Source: Escherichia phage AV112. Taken from it: a stretch of DNA of 64,000 nucleotides. The DNA lies in the sequence record OR352942.1. One strand, 5' to 3'. Both the position numbers and the translations under genes were made by a program. This document shows, one piece after another, positions 9,147 through 17,733 of the stretch. Positions within the stretch are counted from its first letter, which is position 1. Each line of letters opens with the position of its first letter. The notes under the pieces were generated by a model. It was not told the DNA's origin and ran no database searches. It saw only the letters and a list, made by a program, of their open reading frames with translations.

Positions 9147-10835
9147 TTATGAAACAGTCATTACCGTAAATCGTCCAACTTTGCTCATTTGAAGATGTTG
9201 TCCATAACGTTGAGGGTCATGGTCTCGATGAGAGATAATGAACACATTAGTATTTTGTAAACTTCCAAGAATGGTATCTATAGCCTTAACAGCCTCAGAA
9301 TCGACAGCACCATCAAAAACCTCATCAAGAATCAGAGTGTTGATTTTAACACCAGAGACCTTTTCAGCAATATCTCGCCATGTAAACAACAATGCGATAT
9401 CGATACGTGCCTTTTCACCTTGACTAAATGAAGCATAACTAAAATCTTCACGACCACGTGATTTTATAGATTCATTGAATTCTTCGTCAATAGAAAACAC
9501 GTAATCAGCTTCCATGATTTTAAGATAATAGTTAATCTGCTTGTTGAACAGAGGCACATATTTTTTAATGATAGCACCTTTAATACCAGAATCTTTTAAC
9601 ATATCTGTGATAATACCACGATGGTATTTTTCAAGAACGATATCAGATTTTGTTTTAATGATTTTATCAAGTTCTTTTTGAAGCAAAGCTATCTCATCAG
9701 CATGGTCGATAAATTCCGCCGAGGCTTGTTCTATTGCAGCTTTAACTTTCTTAGCTTTATCAATAGTGGCAATCATTGCTTGTTTCTTGGTACGAATATC
9801 AGATGCAAGGTCCTGTTTAGTCTTAACATTAGCTCTATATTCGTCCACTAGGACACTCAGATTATCTCTGTGGCATGTAAGTTGCTCGAATGAGTGATTA
9901 CATTCGTGAAGCTTATCGGTAATCTTAGAGACAATAGGATCACCCTGGTGCAACTGCGATGCACAAGTAGGACATGTACCACCATCATGATACATCTTAA
10001 TAACTTTGTTATATGAGTCGATTTTAGATTTAATCAAGAATGCTTCTTGTCCGATCTTGTTGAATGCCTCAGTAGGGTCTTCGTCAAGAACGATATTAAG
10101 TAGACGCTCATTAGCTTCTTCAATTTCTGCTTTTAATGAACGAGCTTCTTTGGCTAGGTCGTCATACATATTCTGTAGACGCGCTACATTATCACCAGAT
10201 AATTTCTTTTGTCGTTCGATATTCTCGTTATAAATCTTAATTTGTTGGATAACACCATCTTTCTTGGCATCGAGAACTTGTCCCTGGGAATTAAGTTCTC
10301 GAACTTGAGACTTATTGATTTTATCCATTTCAGCGAGTGTGCCGACTTCTAAAAGGTCTTCGACAAGTTTTCTGCGAGCAGGGGTGCTAAGAGCCATGAA
10401 AGGGGTATACCCTGCCGTCCCAAGCACAACGATTTGTTTAAAAGACGCGTATGACATTCCGATGCTGCGTTCAAATTCTTCTTGGAAGTCACGACTGCTG
10501 GCAGATTCATCAAGACGAACACCGTCAACGGAGATTTCGAAAATATTGGGCTTTTGGCCACGTTTAATGAAGTATTTTTTACCATCGAATTCCATCCAAA
10601 GCTCAACTAAGAGCTCTTTCTTGTTCGTGCTATTAATGATTTGCCCTTTCTTAACATCACGAAATGGTTTACCGAAAAGTCCGAAAGTAATGGCTTCTAA
10701 CATCGTAGATTTGCCACCACCATTTTTACCAGTGATTAATGTCTTTTGGACTTTATCTAATTGGATATCGATAAAATTTTGCCCAACAGACATTATATTT
10801 TTATAACGAACACGATTTAATTTAAATGTTTTCAC
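9147..10835 (-). CDS. 46: Recombination endonuclease subunit gp46 (SbcC/Rad50-like ATPase)
   Basis: 562 aa; N-terminal Walker A GKNGGGKST, a long central coiled coil and a C-terminal ABC signature region; position matches T4 gene 46. Confidence 0.92.
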   Translation of the reverse strand: MKTFKLNRVRYKNIMSVGQNFIDIQLDKVQKTLITGKNGGGKSTMLEAITFGLFGKPFRDVKKGQIINSTNKKELLVELWMEFDGKKYFIKRGQKPNIFEISVDGVRLDESASSRDFQEEFERSIGMSYASFKQIVVLGTAGYTPFMALSTPARRKLVEDLLEVGTLAEMDKINKSQVRELNSQGQVLDAKKDGVIQQIKIYNENIERQKKLSGDNVARLQNMYDDLAKEARSLKAEIEEANERLLNIVLDEDPTEAFNKIGQEAFLIKSKIDSYNKVIKMYHDGGTCPTCASQLHQGDPIVSKITDKLHECNHSFEQLTCHRDNLSVLVDEYRANVKTKQDLASDIRTKKQAMIATIDKAKKVKAAIEQASAEFIDHADEIALLQKELDKIIKTKSDIVLEKYHRGIITDMLKDSGIKGAIIKKYVPLFNKQINYYLKIMEADYVFSIDEEFNESIKSRGREDFSYASFSQGEKARIDIALLFTWRDIAEKVSGVKINTLILDEVFDGAVDSEAVKAIDTILGSLQNTNVFIISHRDHDPQRYGQHLQMSKVGRFTVMTVS

Positions 10836-11697
10836 TTAAATTTTTCCTCATGAATTCAGAAACTAAAGCCTGTAAAGAACTTTGTATAGGATATCCTAAA
10901 TTGACTAAATTTTTAGAAAAAGTCACATATTTAGGTTTGTTCATTTTAACCCATTCATCGTAAAGCATATCAAAATTTTCCCAATGATATCCTTTTCTTC
11001 TAGATTTCAAATGAGTGTCTCTAACTTTAGGATTTTTCCAACTGCGTGAAACTCCAGCCGATAATGATTCTCTATATTCGGCTGTTTTAGATATTTTACG
11101 ACAAGCATCCAAATGTTTTTGTTTATTAATAGGGTCACTAAACCACTTTTGGGTCATAATAGAGACGGTTTCTTTAAATTCCTTTGAACTTGTCATAATT
11201 CTGTGTTTCTTTAAATTTTCCGGATTTTTAAACCATGCTTTTAAAGCTTGACTAATCTTAATTCTATTATCCTGATTGGAATAGTATAATGTCATTTTTA
11301 TAGAATTAACTTTACAAACATTTTCGAATTCTAAAGAATACGCCTCGGCTATATTATTTAGTTCATGCGTTGTACAATTTAAATTAAATCGCCCGGTATA
11401 CATTCTTTGAAGCGCGTTAATCATCTTGTGGTTGCCAGTTTTTGCCAAAATGCTATGTGCAATAAAATGGTTATAATGACTTAAATGACACAAGTTCCAT
11501 TTACATGTTTTAAAATCTGGAAAAATAGATTTTGGTAGTATATGGTGAACCTGAGTCAGTCCTTTTACTTTATTAGTTGAATTAGTTTTTATAAAGTTTA
11601 AATACTCATCAAGTCCTTCCCACGAAGGGAAGGAGGTTTTAAGAATTTTATAAATTTGAGTTTCATAATCAGTCTTCGTCATTATACGCGTCCTCAA
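10822..11697 (-). CDS. HNH homing endonuclease (free-standing, Mob-like) with NUMOD-type DNA-binding repeats
   Basis: HNH core QVHHILPKS...CKWNLCHLSHYNHFIAH, followed by repeated WFKNPE / WFSDP / WKNPK helix motifs. It is inserted between 46 and 47 and overlaps the gp46 start by 14 nt. Confidence 0.8.
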   Translation of the reverse strand: MRTRIMTKTDYETQIYKILKTSFPSWEGLDEYLNFIKTNSTNKVKGLTQVHHILPKSIFPDFKTCKWNLCHLSHYNHFIAHSILAKTGNHKMINALQRMYTGRFNLNCTTHELNNIAEAYSLEFENVCKVNSIKMTLYYSNQDNRIKISQALKAWFKNPENLKKHRIMTSSKEFKETVSIMTQKWFSDPINKQKHLDACRKISKTAEYRESLSAGVSRSWKNPKVRDTHLKSRRKGYHWENFDMLYDEWVKMNKPKYVTFSKNLVNLGYPIQSSLQALVSEFMRKNLSENI

Positions 11698-11926
11698 TAC
11701 ACGCTTCAGCCATTTTAAGAATAGAGCCAGGAGTATCGTTGTCCATTATATTAAAGCTAAATTCAACAGCCCAGTCGGTGCAGACATGAACTGCTTTAAC
11801 TTCATTACCTTCAACGCGTAATGGCTCAATCCAATACTTGATAGTGTTCTCGAATCCATCATCATCTTTAACGTCCATTTCAACTTCAAGCCTGAGTCCA
11901 GCATTGTTAAATTCATCTAAAGTCAT
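11669..11926 (-). CDS. Hypothetical acidic protein
   Basis: 85 aa ORF between gene 47 and the HNH gene. Confidence 0.45.
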   Translation of the reverse strand: MTLDEFNNAGLRLEVEMDVKDDDGFENTIKYWIEPLRVEGNEVKAVHVCTDWAVEFSFNIMDNDTPGSILKMAEACIEDAYNDED

Positions 11927-12942
11927 TGTGTTGCCTCAATATAAAGTTCGTTGGAATATTTGACCAGCGCTTCTCTGTCTTCGTCTGAGATATCTGGAAT
12001 CGCGTCAATATATTCTTTAATGATATCTTGAAGAGATTTAATCTCGATTTCCTGGTCGTCATCAGATTCAACACTGTTATCAACTTTAGAAACCATACGA
12101 AGAGAGTGAACTACTTTTTCAAGTTCAGATTCAAACTTAGTCAACTCTGAATCAATTTCTGATACTATAACACGTACGGCTAGATTAGTATAATCAGAAT
12201 AATTGATTTTGCCTTTAAACGGATAAGTGATTCGTCGATGCCATGTTGTTTCGTTAGGAATAAATTCCATACGTTCAACATCAGTGTCAAATACCCAAAA
12301 TCCGCGCGGGTCGTTCTCATCACCTGCAGTAAGGGTCCATGGTGTCCCAATATATTTGACGTTAGCAGCTTCAGAGATTGTGTGGAAGTGGCCGGACCAG
12401 ACTTGTTTATAGGTCTTTAAGAAATCAGGTTCAAGCCCATGAGACTTCATTCCTTTATAGAAATAAAAACCATTCAGTTCCCAGTGCCCAACACAATACG
12501 CTGCGGAAGAAGTCTTGATGTGCTCTAAGATTTCACCTGTATTTTCTTCGCACATCCATGGAACGATATCAATCAGACATCCGTCAAAATCTACAGTAGT
12601 TGGATGCTCGTAAATAGTAAAGTTTTCAAATTGAGTTAACAATTCAGAAACAGTGTTAGGTGTTATTGTATTCTTAAACGCCATGTCATGGTTTCCTATC
12701 GTGACATGAACGTGAATGCCTGCTTTAGAAATCATATCAACGATTTCACGATTGAATTCCATTGTACGATGTGTTATTGCTTTACGGACGTCAAACCAAT
12801 CACCGTACTGAATCCAAGTTTTAATCCCATGTTTCTTAGAGTATTCAATTGCTTGACGAATACCATCACGTTGAATATCTTGAACCCATGGGTCGTCTTG
12901 TTTGACTCCGATATGGAAGTCGCCTAAGTGCAAAATTTTCAT
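11923..12942 (-). CDS. 47: Recombination endonuclease subunit gp47 (SbcD/Mre11-like)
   Basis: 339 aa; MKILHLGDFH...GNHD phosphoesterase motifs; collinear with recalled T4 gp47. Confidence 0.94.
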   Translation of the reverse strand: MKILHLGDFHIGVKQDDPWVQDIQRDGIRQAIEYSKKHGIKTWIQYGDWFDVRKAITHRTMEFNREIVDMISKAGIHVHVTIGNHDMAFKNTITPNTVSELLTQFENFTIYEHPTTVDFDGCLIDIVPWMCEENTGEILEHIKTSSAAYCVGHWELNGFYFYKGMKSHGLEPDFLKTYKQVWSGHFHTISEAANVKYIGTPWTLTAGDENDPRGFWVFDTDVERMEFIPNETTWHRRITYPFKGKINYSDYTNLAVRVIVSEIDSELTKFESELEKVVHSLRMVSKVDNSVESDDDQEIEIKSLQDIIKEYIDAIPDISDEDREALVKYSNELYIEATQ

Positions 12943-12986
12943 ATTATTTCCTCATTAGTTAATTCATTCTATCATCCGCTTATAAA

Positions 12987-13013
12987 GCAAAAAAAGGAAC
13001 TCCGAAGAGTTCC
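12987..13013 (-). terminator. Rho-independent terminator (minus strand)
   Basis: Plus strand reads aaaaaaa-GGAACTC-cgaa-GAGTTCC: a 7-bp stem with a 4-nt loop, followed by a U-run on the minus-strand transcript. Confidence 0.6.
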
Positions 13014-13186
13014 TATCCACATAGTACACCATACAGAGGCTCATTTGAACTTTTAAATCGAATGGGCTTGTATGTAATAGTTCCTTCGGCTTTAGCTTTA
13101 TCATAAGACTCTTTAAAACGCCTCATTCTTTCTGCTTTGCCTTTACGGATTTTATCGAAATTTTCAGAGGTCAGGTCGTTCGTCAT
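13013..13186 (-). CDS. Small basic protein, 57 aa (below the ORF-track cut-off)
   Basis: Manual translation gives MTNDLTSENFDKIRKGKAERMRRFKESYDKAKAEGTITYKPIRFKSSNEPLYGVLCG; GAGGTG sits 7 nt upstream of the ATG, and the terminator follows directly. Confidence 0.35.
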   Translation of the reverse strand: MTNDLTSENFDKIRKGKAERMRRFKESYDKAKAEGTITYKPIRFKSSNEPLYGVLCG

Positions 13187-13406
13187 GCATAATCACCTCT
13201 CAGAAAATACCTAAATCGATTTCTCTCATCGTTTCCACCATTTCTTAACTTGAAATGAGTCAACCCACACGAGTTGTTTTGGGTCGGCCCTTACAACAGG
13301 TGGACAAATTTCTGTAATAGAACTGTCGTGATATTCCTTTTCAGAGATTTTAACACAAAGAGGACCTCCCAATTTAAGGGTGAACCCTGCGTTCAGCTTA
13401 AGACGT

Positions 13407-13730
13407 TTAAACTTTGTTTGAACTAGCGCCATTAATGATGTCCTCAATAGCCTGACGAGTAGTAACCCACTGGATTTTAATTAACTTGTCATTATATGGT
13501 TGTCGTAGAATATCCCGAGATTTCTTAATAGCATATTCGTAAGCTTCGAAGTTGTTTTGAATTGCTGCTTCTTGAGCATGAGCATAAAGACGGTTTAGTT
13601 CAAAACGATTCTTTTTAAGAATCTTTTCGGATTTTTTACGTGCTTCAGCTTCATTTTTCTTTTGGATTTCTTGTAGCATTTTAGCTACTGCATCTTCTGC
13701 TTCTTTATTTTCAATAATCTCGGTAGTCAT
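13407..13730 (-). CDS. Hypothetical protein
   Basis: 107 aa ORF in the interval where T4 carries alpha-gt and 47.1; no glycosyltransferase-sized ORF is present here. Confidence 0.5.
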   Translation of the reverse strand: MTTEIIENKEAEDAVAKMLQEIQKKNEAEARKKSEKILKKNRFELNRLYAHAQEAAIQNNFEAYEYAIKKSRDILRQPYNDKLIKIQWVTTRQAIEDIINGASSNKV

Positions 13731-13731
13731 A

Positions 13732-14025
13732 TTATCTCATTAAATTAAAATAAAAACGTCCATCCTCTTCAATACGGAACTCATACTCAACCGGAGTCCC
13801 ATTTATCGAAAATGACACGTCATGTGGGTTCAAAGGGTCGATGTCAAAATTAATTTTAAATTCACGACCCAACAGTTTTACCAAATAAGGGATTGCTTCG
13901 TCAAAAGGTTCTTCTAAGTAGTTAGAGATGTCAATTGTCATCCTCATATAAAAAATCCAAACTAGGCGAATCGCTAACAACTTCCTTCTTTTCAGCCCCA
14001 GGAGCTTTATAAGCGGATTCTTCAT
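13732..14025 (-). CDS. Hypothetical protein (start uncertain)
   Basis: 97 aa ORF whose 5' part overlaps the 3' end of gene 55; internal Met codons at 13945-13947 and 13939-13941 are alternative starts. Confidence 0.4.
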   Translation of the reverse strand: MKNPLIKLLGLKRRKLLAIRLVWIFYMRMTIDISNYLEEPFDEAIPYLVKLLGREFKINFDIDPLNPHDVSFSINGTPVEYEFRIEEDGRFYFNLMR

Positions 14026-14488
14026 AATGCGTCATTTTATCGTAGATGTCTTGAATAAACGTTTCATCTACCAACGCTACCATATCATCGTCATGACTGT
14101 CGTAGACGTTATGAACGAAGTAACTATATTTCTTTGCAACTTCCTTACGTTCTTTTTTGATACGTTGGACAAAAGCATTAAAACAAGCTCGAGTTATGTA
14201 TGCATGTGGGTTATTGTACTTAGTTTCGTCGAAATTATGAAGTCCCTTAATAGAGGCTTCAATCCCATCTGCAATCATCTCCTGCTTCCAAGACTGGGTA
14301 TATCCTGAAAAGTTGAAACGTTTGGACAGGCCTTCGGCGATAAGCATAATTGCTAAACCGATGGTATCATTCTGACGAATAATTTTGTTTGGGTCTTTAT
14401 TATTTAAGAGCTCCTTTTTCCACTCGATTATAGCGGCGAGAAGCTCTTTATTATTCACATAGTTATTTTTAGGTTTTTGTTCAGTCAT
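13931..14488 (-). CDS. 55: Late-transcription sigma factor gp55
   Basis: 185 aa; near-identical to recalled T4 gp55 over NYVNNKELL...[25 protein letters not shown]. Confidence 0.94.
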   Translation of the reverse strand: MTEQKPKNNYVNNKELLAAIIEWKKELLNNKDPNKIIRQNDTIGLAIMLIAEGLSKRFNFSGYTQSWKQEMIADGIEASIKGLHNFDETKYNNPHAYITRACFNAFVQRIKKERKEVAKKYSYFVHNVYDSHDDDMVALVDETFIQDIYDKMTHYEESAYKAPGAEKKEVVSDSPSLDFLYEDDN

Positions 14489-14643
14489 AAGTACCTCTTA
14501 GCTCAATTCATAGGTCTATTATATCATAATATTTAGAGACCTATCTTAAAGCACGAGATACTACCAAAGATACGTAACTTTCATAAAGTTGTCGACTTAA
14601 AATTCACCAAACTTTTATTCGGTTATAGTAATTCGAGATAGTT

Positions 14644-14871
14644 TCATTCTATTTCCTTTGCTGCAAATAAGGCAGCATCCAACGAATCAAATTGGTCAAC
14701 GAAATCAATATTCAATGCATCGTCATCCGTAGCATATAACCACCATTGTTTGAATTCGTATTCTAGAATAAATCCAGGACCTTCAATCTGAGGAAGACCT
14801 AGACTATTTGTACTAACTTCATAACCAGCTAGACGCAGGTCATTAATCAAAGTTTCTGTTAATACGTTCAT
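14644..14871 (-). CDS. Hypothetical protein
   Basis: 75 aa ORF upstream of gene 55 (T4 55.x region). Confidence 0.45.
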   Translation of the reverse strand: MNVLTETLINDLRLAGYEVSTNSLGLPQIEGPGFILEYEFKQWWLYATDDDALNIDFVDQFDSLDAALFAAKEIE

Positions 14872-15200
14872 TTTACCGCCTTAACAATTTTCAGGTCAAC
14901 GAATTTTTTCTTACGTTGATTTTTCATACGACGGATAGTCTTTTCAGAGATTTCATGTTTCTGATAAGCTTTAGATTCAACACCAAATGCAGCAACGTCA
15001 AATTCAGAAAGAATATATTGTACTAGAATTTCACGAATAGAATTACGTCCAATTTTCTGGTCGTGTTTTTGCATGATTTCATAAAGACGGAATTCCCACG
15101 CGTCAAGAACTTGAGGAGTAACAATATTGCCGGATTCAAGAAGAGCAACAACTTTATCGAAAGCGAAAGAATTAACTACGTTTTTGATTTTAGTAGACAT
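14868..15200 (-). CDS. Hypothetical protein
   Basis: Start placed at MSTKIKNVV, preceded by GAGGAAAATAAT-ATG; the longer ORF-track start would place the ATG inside the -10 element of the promoter repeat. Confidence 0.5.
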   Translation of the reverse strand: MSTKIKNVVNSFAFDKVVALLESGNIVTPQVLDAWEFRLYEIMQKHDQKIGRNSIREILVQYILSEFDVAAFGVESKAYQKHEISEKTIRRMKNQRKKKFVDLKIVKAVK

Positions 15201-15218
15201 ATTATTTTCCTCGGTTAT

Positions 15219-15264
15219 TTTATTATCCAATGAGAGCATTATACTCTGCTCTCAAGAGTTTGTA
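15219..15264. repeat. 46-bp exact direct repeat, copy 1 (second copy at 45853..45898)
   Basis: tttattatccaatgagagcattatactctgctctcaagagtttgta occurs identically at both sites, each about 20 nt upstream of a minus-strand start codon. Confidence 0.8.
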
Positions 15265-15266
15265 AA
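15238..15266 (-). promoter_or_regulatory. Sigma70-type early promoter inside a 46-bp repeat
   Basis: Minus strand reads TTTACA, a 17-nt spacer, then TATAAT; the -10 hexamer sits in the loop of the palindrome TGAGAGCA/TGCTCTCA. Confidence 0.55.
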
Positions 15267-15269
15267 TCG

Positions 15270-15482
15270 TTATCCGAACTTTTTAGCGCCTTTCCAGCCT
15301 TCGTACATAACTGCACAAGTCAGTAATACAGCGTGCTGGCATTCTTTGTATTTGTAAATCCAGAACCAGCGTAAAAAGTCTTCATCCTCAACACCGTTGA
15401 GTTTCATGTTGGCAAAGAATTCGGCACGTTCTTCACGAAGTTGCCATGACACAATATTTTCAGGATTCATTTTGTGTTCCAA
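15270..15482 (-). CDS. Hypothetical protein
   Basis: 70 aa ORF. Confidence 0.4.
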   Translation of the reverse strand: MEHKMNPENIVSWQLREERAEFFANMKLNGVEDEDFLRWFWIYKYKECQHAVLLTCAVMYEGWKGAKKFG

Positions 15483-15608
15483 GCCCCGTTTTCGTCGATG
15501 AACTTAATCCAGTCATTTACAGACCATTTAGTTGTATCACCCTTTAGATTAACATTTAAAGTATATAATCCCTGCTTAAAAAGCATTCGTTTGATATTCA
15601 TAATTTCC

Positions 15609-15929
15609 TCAACTGTAACGATAACATTCGTTAGCTTTACGTTTGGCTTCAGTATGAGAAGTATTATAATCATAATCTTCTTTACTGTAAACATCTTTTT
15701 TCAACTTACGAACTTCTTTGCGGAGTTGTCGATTCATTTCGTTCTTGACTTCAGAATCAACGCCTTTCATACGTTTCCATTTATCCGAGCGGAAAATGTT
15801 TTCAACCATGTCTTTGTGGCTAACACCGTCAGGAGCTTTACGTTTACCAAAATAGTCGTAATCACGAACTTTCAAATCTTTACGACGATACGTTTTACCC
15901 ATAAGTACCTCAGAGGTTGATTGATACAA
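15609..15929 (-). CDS. Hypothetical basic protein
   Basis: 106 aa, Lys/Arg-rich ORF. Confidence 0.45.
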   Translation of the reverse strand: MYQSTSEVLMGKTYRRKDLKVRDYDYFGKRKAPDGVSHKDMVENIFRSDKWKRMKGVDSEVKNEMNRQLRKEVRKLKKDVYSKEDYDYNTSHTEAKRKANECYRYS

Positions 15930-16278
15930 TGCGTTTGATAAAATTCACTTCACTTACTGAAAGGTCTTTAAGACCGATTGATTCTAAACGCTGAGTAAGC
16001 GTCAACATCGGGATATAGTCCCAATGTGTTTTAGACGTTTGATAAGTACGGGCGCCATTAGCAATTTCAACGTTCAAATCAGAAATGGTAATGAATACCA
16101 GACGTTCGTTGTTTACATTAAGAGTTAGAACAACTTTCTTCGAATTCAGACTAATCATTTTGTTTTCCTCTATAGTAGATGGTTTAATCTTAACACATCT
16201 ATTGAGGATGTAAACTGTTTTATGAAAATATTTTCGATTTGAGAGGGGCACAAGGAGATAGTGAAGTGAAGATTCCAA
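15910..16278 (-). CDS. Hypothetical protein
   Basis: 122 aa ORF. Confidence 0.45.
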   Translation of the reverse strand: MESSLHYLLVPLSNRKYFHKTVYILNRCVKIKPSTIEENKMISLNSKKVVLTLNVNNERLVFITISDLNVEIANGARTYQTSKTHWDYIPMLTLTQRLESIGLKDLSVSEVNFIKRIVSINL

Positions 16279-16323
16279 TGGATTATATTAGAAATGAGAT
16301 AAAGAAGACCAGGCGGCACCTGG

Positions 16324-16647
16324 TCAATCTTCTATGATATCAGAGTCATATCCTAATGAAATCAAGGACTTTTTAAACTCTGCAATATTCTTTTGTTTCT
16401 TATCATTTAAAAATATGACAGGATAACGAATATTAAGTGAAGTGAATCCTGCACGTTTAGCAAGAGATACGATTAAAGGACGGTCATATTCAATCTTACC
16501 ATTATTAGTGAGGACTTTATAAAATGTATAAGGAGCATTGAGCTCCTTTAAAAGTTTTGTAACAGTATAACATCCTGGACAACGTCCTACTTCTTCAGGG
16601 ATGCCATAGATTTCAATCTTGTTCTTTAAGTTCGAGTTTTGTTCCAC
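16324..16647 (-). CDS. nrdH: Glutaredoxin-like redoxin (NrdH position); start uncertain, possibly GTG
   Basis: Thioredoxin-fold signature IEIYGIPEEVGRCPGCYTVTKLL with a CxxC pair; the first 40 residues of the ORF-track translation overlap the upstream ORF and are probably not translated. Confidence 0.5.
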   Translation of the reverse strand: MEQNSNLKNKIEIYGIPEEVGRCPGCYTVTKLLKELNAPYTFYKVLTNNGKIEYDRPLIVSLAKRAGFTSLNIRYPVIFLNDKKQKNIAEFKKSLISLGYDSDIIED

Positions 16648-16930
16648 GAGAAATAATTCCTTGGTAAGCCCAATAAGGAGGATTAACAGAATCCTCGCCA
16701 GAGTTTTCTTCAGGAAAATAAACCTGGATAACAAATCCAGATTCATCAAAGGTAAAATAAACTGTAGGTAATTCACCTAACAATTCAGCACGATTATTAA
16801 TTTCTTCGAGTTCTCGTTCGCATCCAGCCCAAAAACTAGGATTTAGACTACATTCATAGAAATAATAGTCATTACCGAACATATCAAAACCATTCCAACT
16901 CTCAACCACATACCGCTCAAAACTAATCAT
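16613..16930 (-). CDS. Hypothetical protein
   Basis: 105 aa ORF. Confidence 0.45.
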   Translation of the reverse strand: MISFERYVVESWNGFDMFGNDYYFYECSLNPSFWAGCERELEEINNRAELLGELPTVYFTFDESGFVIQVYFPEENSGEDSVNPPYWAYQGIISRGTKLELKEQD

Positions 16931-16932
16931 AA

Positions 16933-17172
16933 TTAAGCCTTTTTATCAAGAACAGAATTCAGTTTATTAGTAATTTTGTCCAAACGTTCATTGAATTCGC
17001 TGGAAGATAAACCCTTTTCAGGAGAAATTAAACTAATCACGAAAAATACAACAGTAAAAGGAATAAGAAAAATAGCTCCAACTGCCATAAACAAAAAGAA
17101 CGTTACAGTTGTAAGAAAATCAGCTAAACCTTTACGAAATTTATACATATTTACCCTTAATTGATTAACCAA
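16933..17172 (-). CDS. Small membrane protein
   Basis: 79 aa with one long hydrophobic segment (FLTTVTFFLFMAVGAIFLIPFTVVFFVISLI). Confidence 0.5.
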   Translation of the reverse strand: MVNQLRVNMYKFRKGLADFLTTVTFFLFMAVGAIFLIPFTVVFFVISLISPEKGLSSSEFNERLDKITNKLNSVLDKKA

Positions 17173-17262
17173 ACATTGATAAACACTAAACTATATTGCG
17201 AATAAAATTCTGGACCAAAACGAAAAATCATATCATTTATAGTATCCATAGTGTAATTCAAT

Positions 17263-17733
17263 TTAATCATGTTTCCACACCCCGTCGGTATTTGTCCAAA
17301 GTCGCTGATTATCTGATCCTCGCCACAGTTTTTTGGTCGGAAGATTTTTCTCATACTTCCCATCAATAATAACATCAACATATTTAAGCATTTCTAGTTG
17401 TTTAATATCTTCAAACTTATATCCTGTCCACAACCAAATGCTTTTATTGGGATAAAGTTTTTTTACTGTTTGAACAATGCAATGAACAACATCTTGGTTA
17501 TCAGGATAGAGAGGGTCTCCTCCAGTTATAGTTAATCCTTCTATATAATCATTATTCAAACATTCAATTAATTGTTCCAGCGTTTCACCGGTGAATGGGA
17601 TACCATTTCTAGCGTTCCATGTTGATTTATTATAACACCCCTCGCATTTATGCAAACAACCTGTAACGAAAAGAACGACCCTGCAACCGGGGCCATTCAC
17701 AAAATCGCAAGGATAAAATCTATCATAATTCAT
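17263..17733 (-). CDS. nrdG: Anaerobic ribonucleotide reductase activating protein NrdG (radical SAM)
   Basis: 156 aa with the CxxxCxxC cluster CLHKCEGC; immediately downstream of nrdD. Confidence 0.92.
   Translation of the reverse strand: MNYDRFYPCDFVNGPGCRVVLFVTGCLHKCEGCYNKSTWNARNGIPFTGETLEQLIECLNNDYIEGLTITGGDPLYPDNQDVVHCIVQTVKKLYPNKSIWLWTGYKFEDIKQLEMLKYVDVIIDGKYEKNLPTKKLWRGSDNQRLWTNTDGVWKHD

Noticed and set aside
10349-10806. Overlapping plus-strand (163 aa) and minus-strand (85 aa) ORFs within gene 46
   Set aside because: They are embedded in the gp46 coding region in other frames; gp46 is supported by motifs and synteny.
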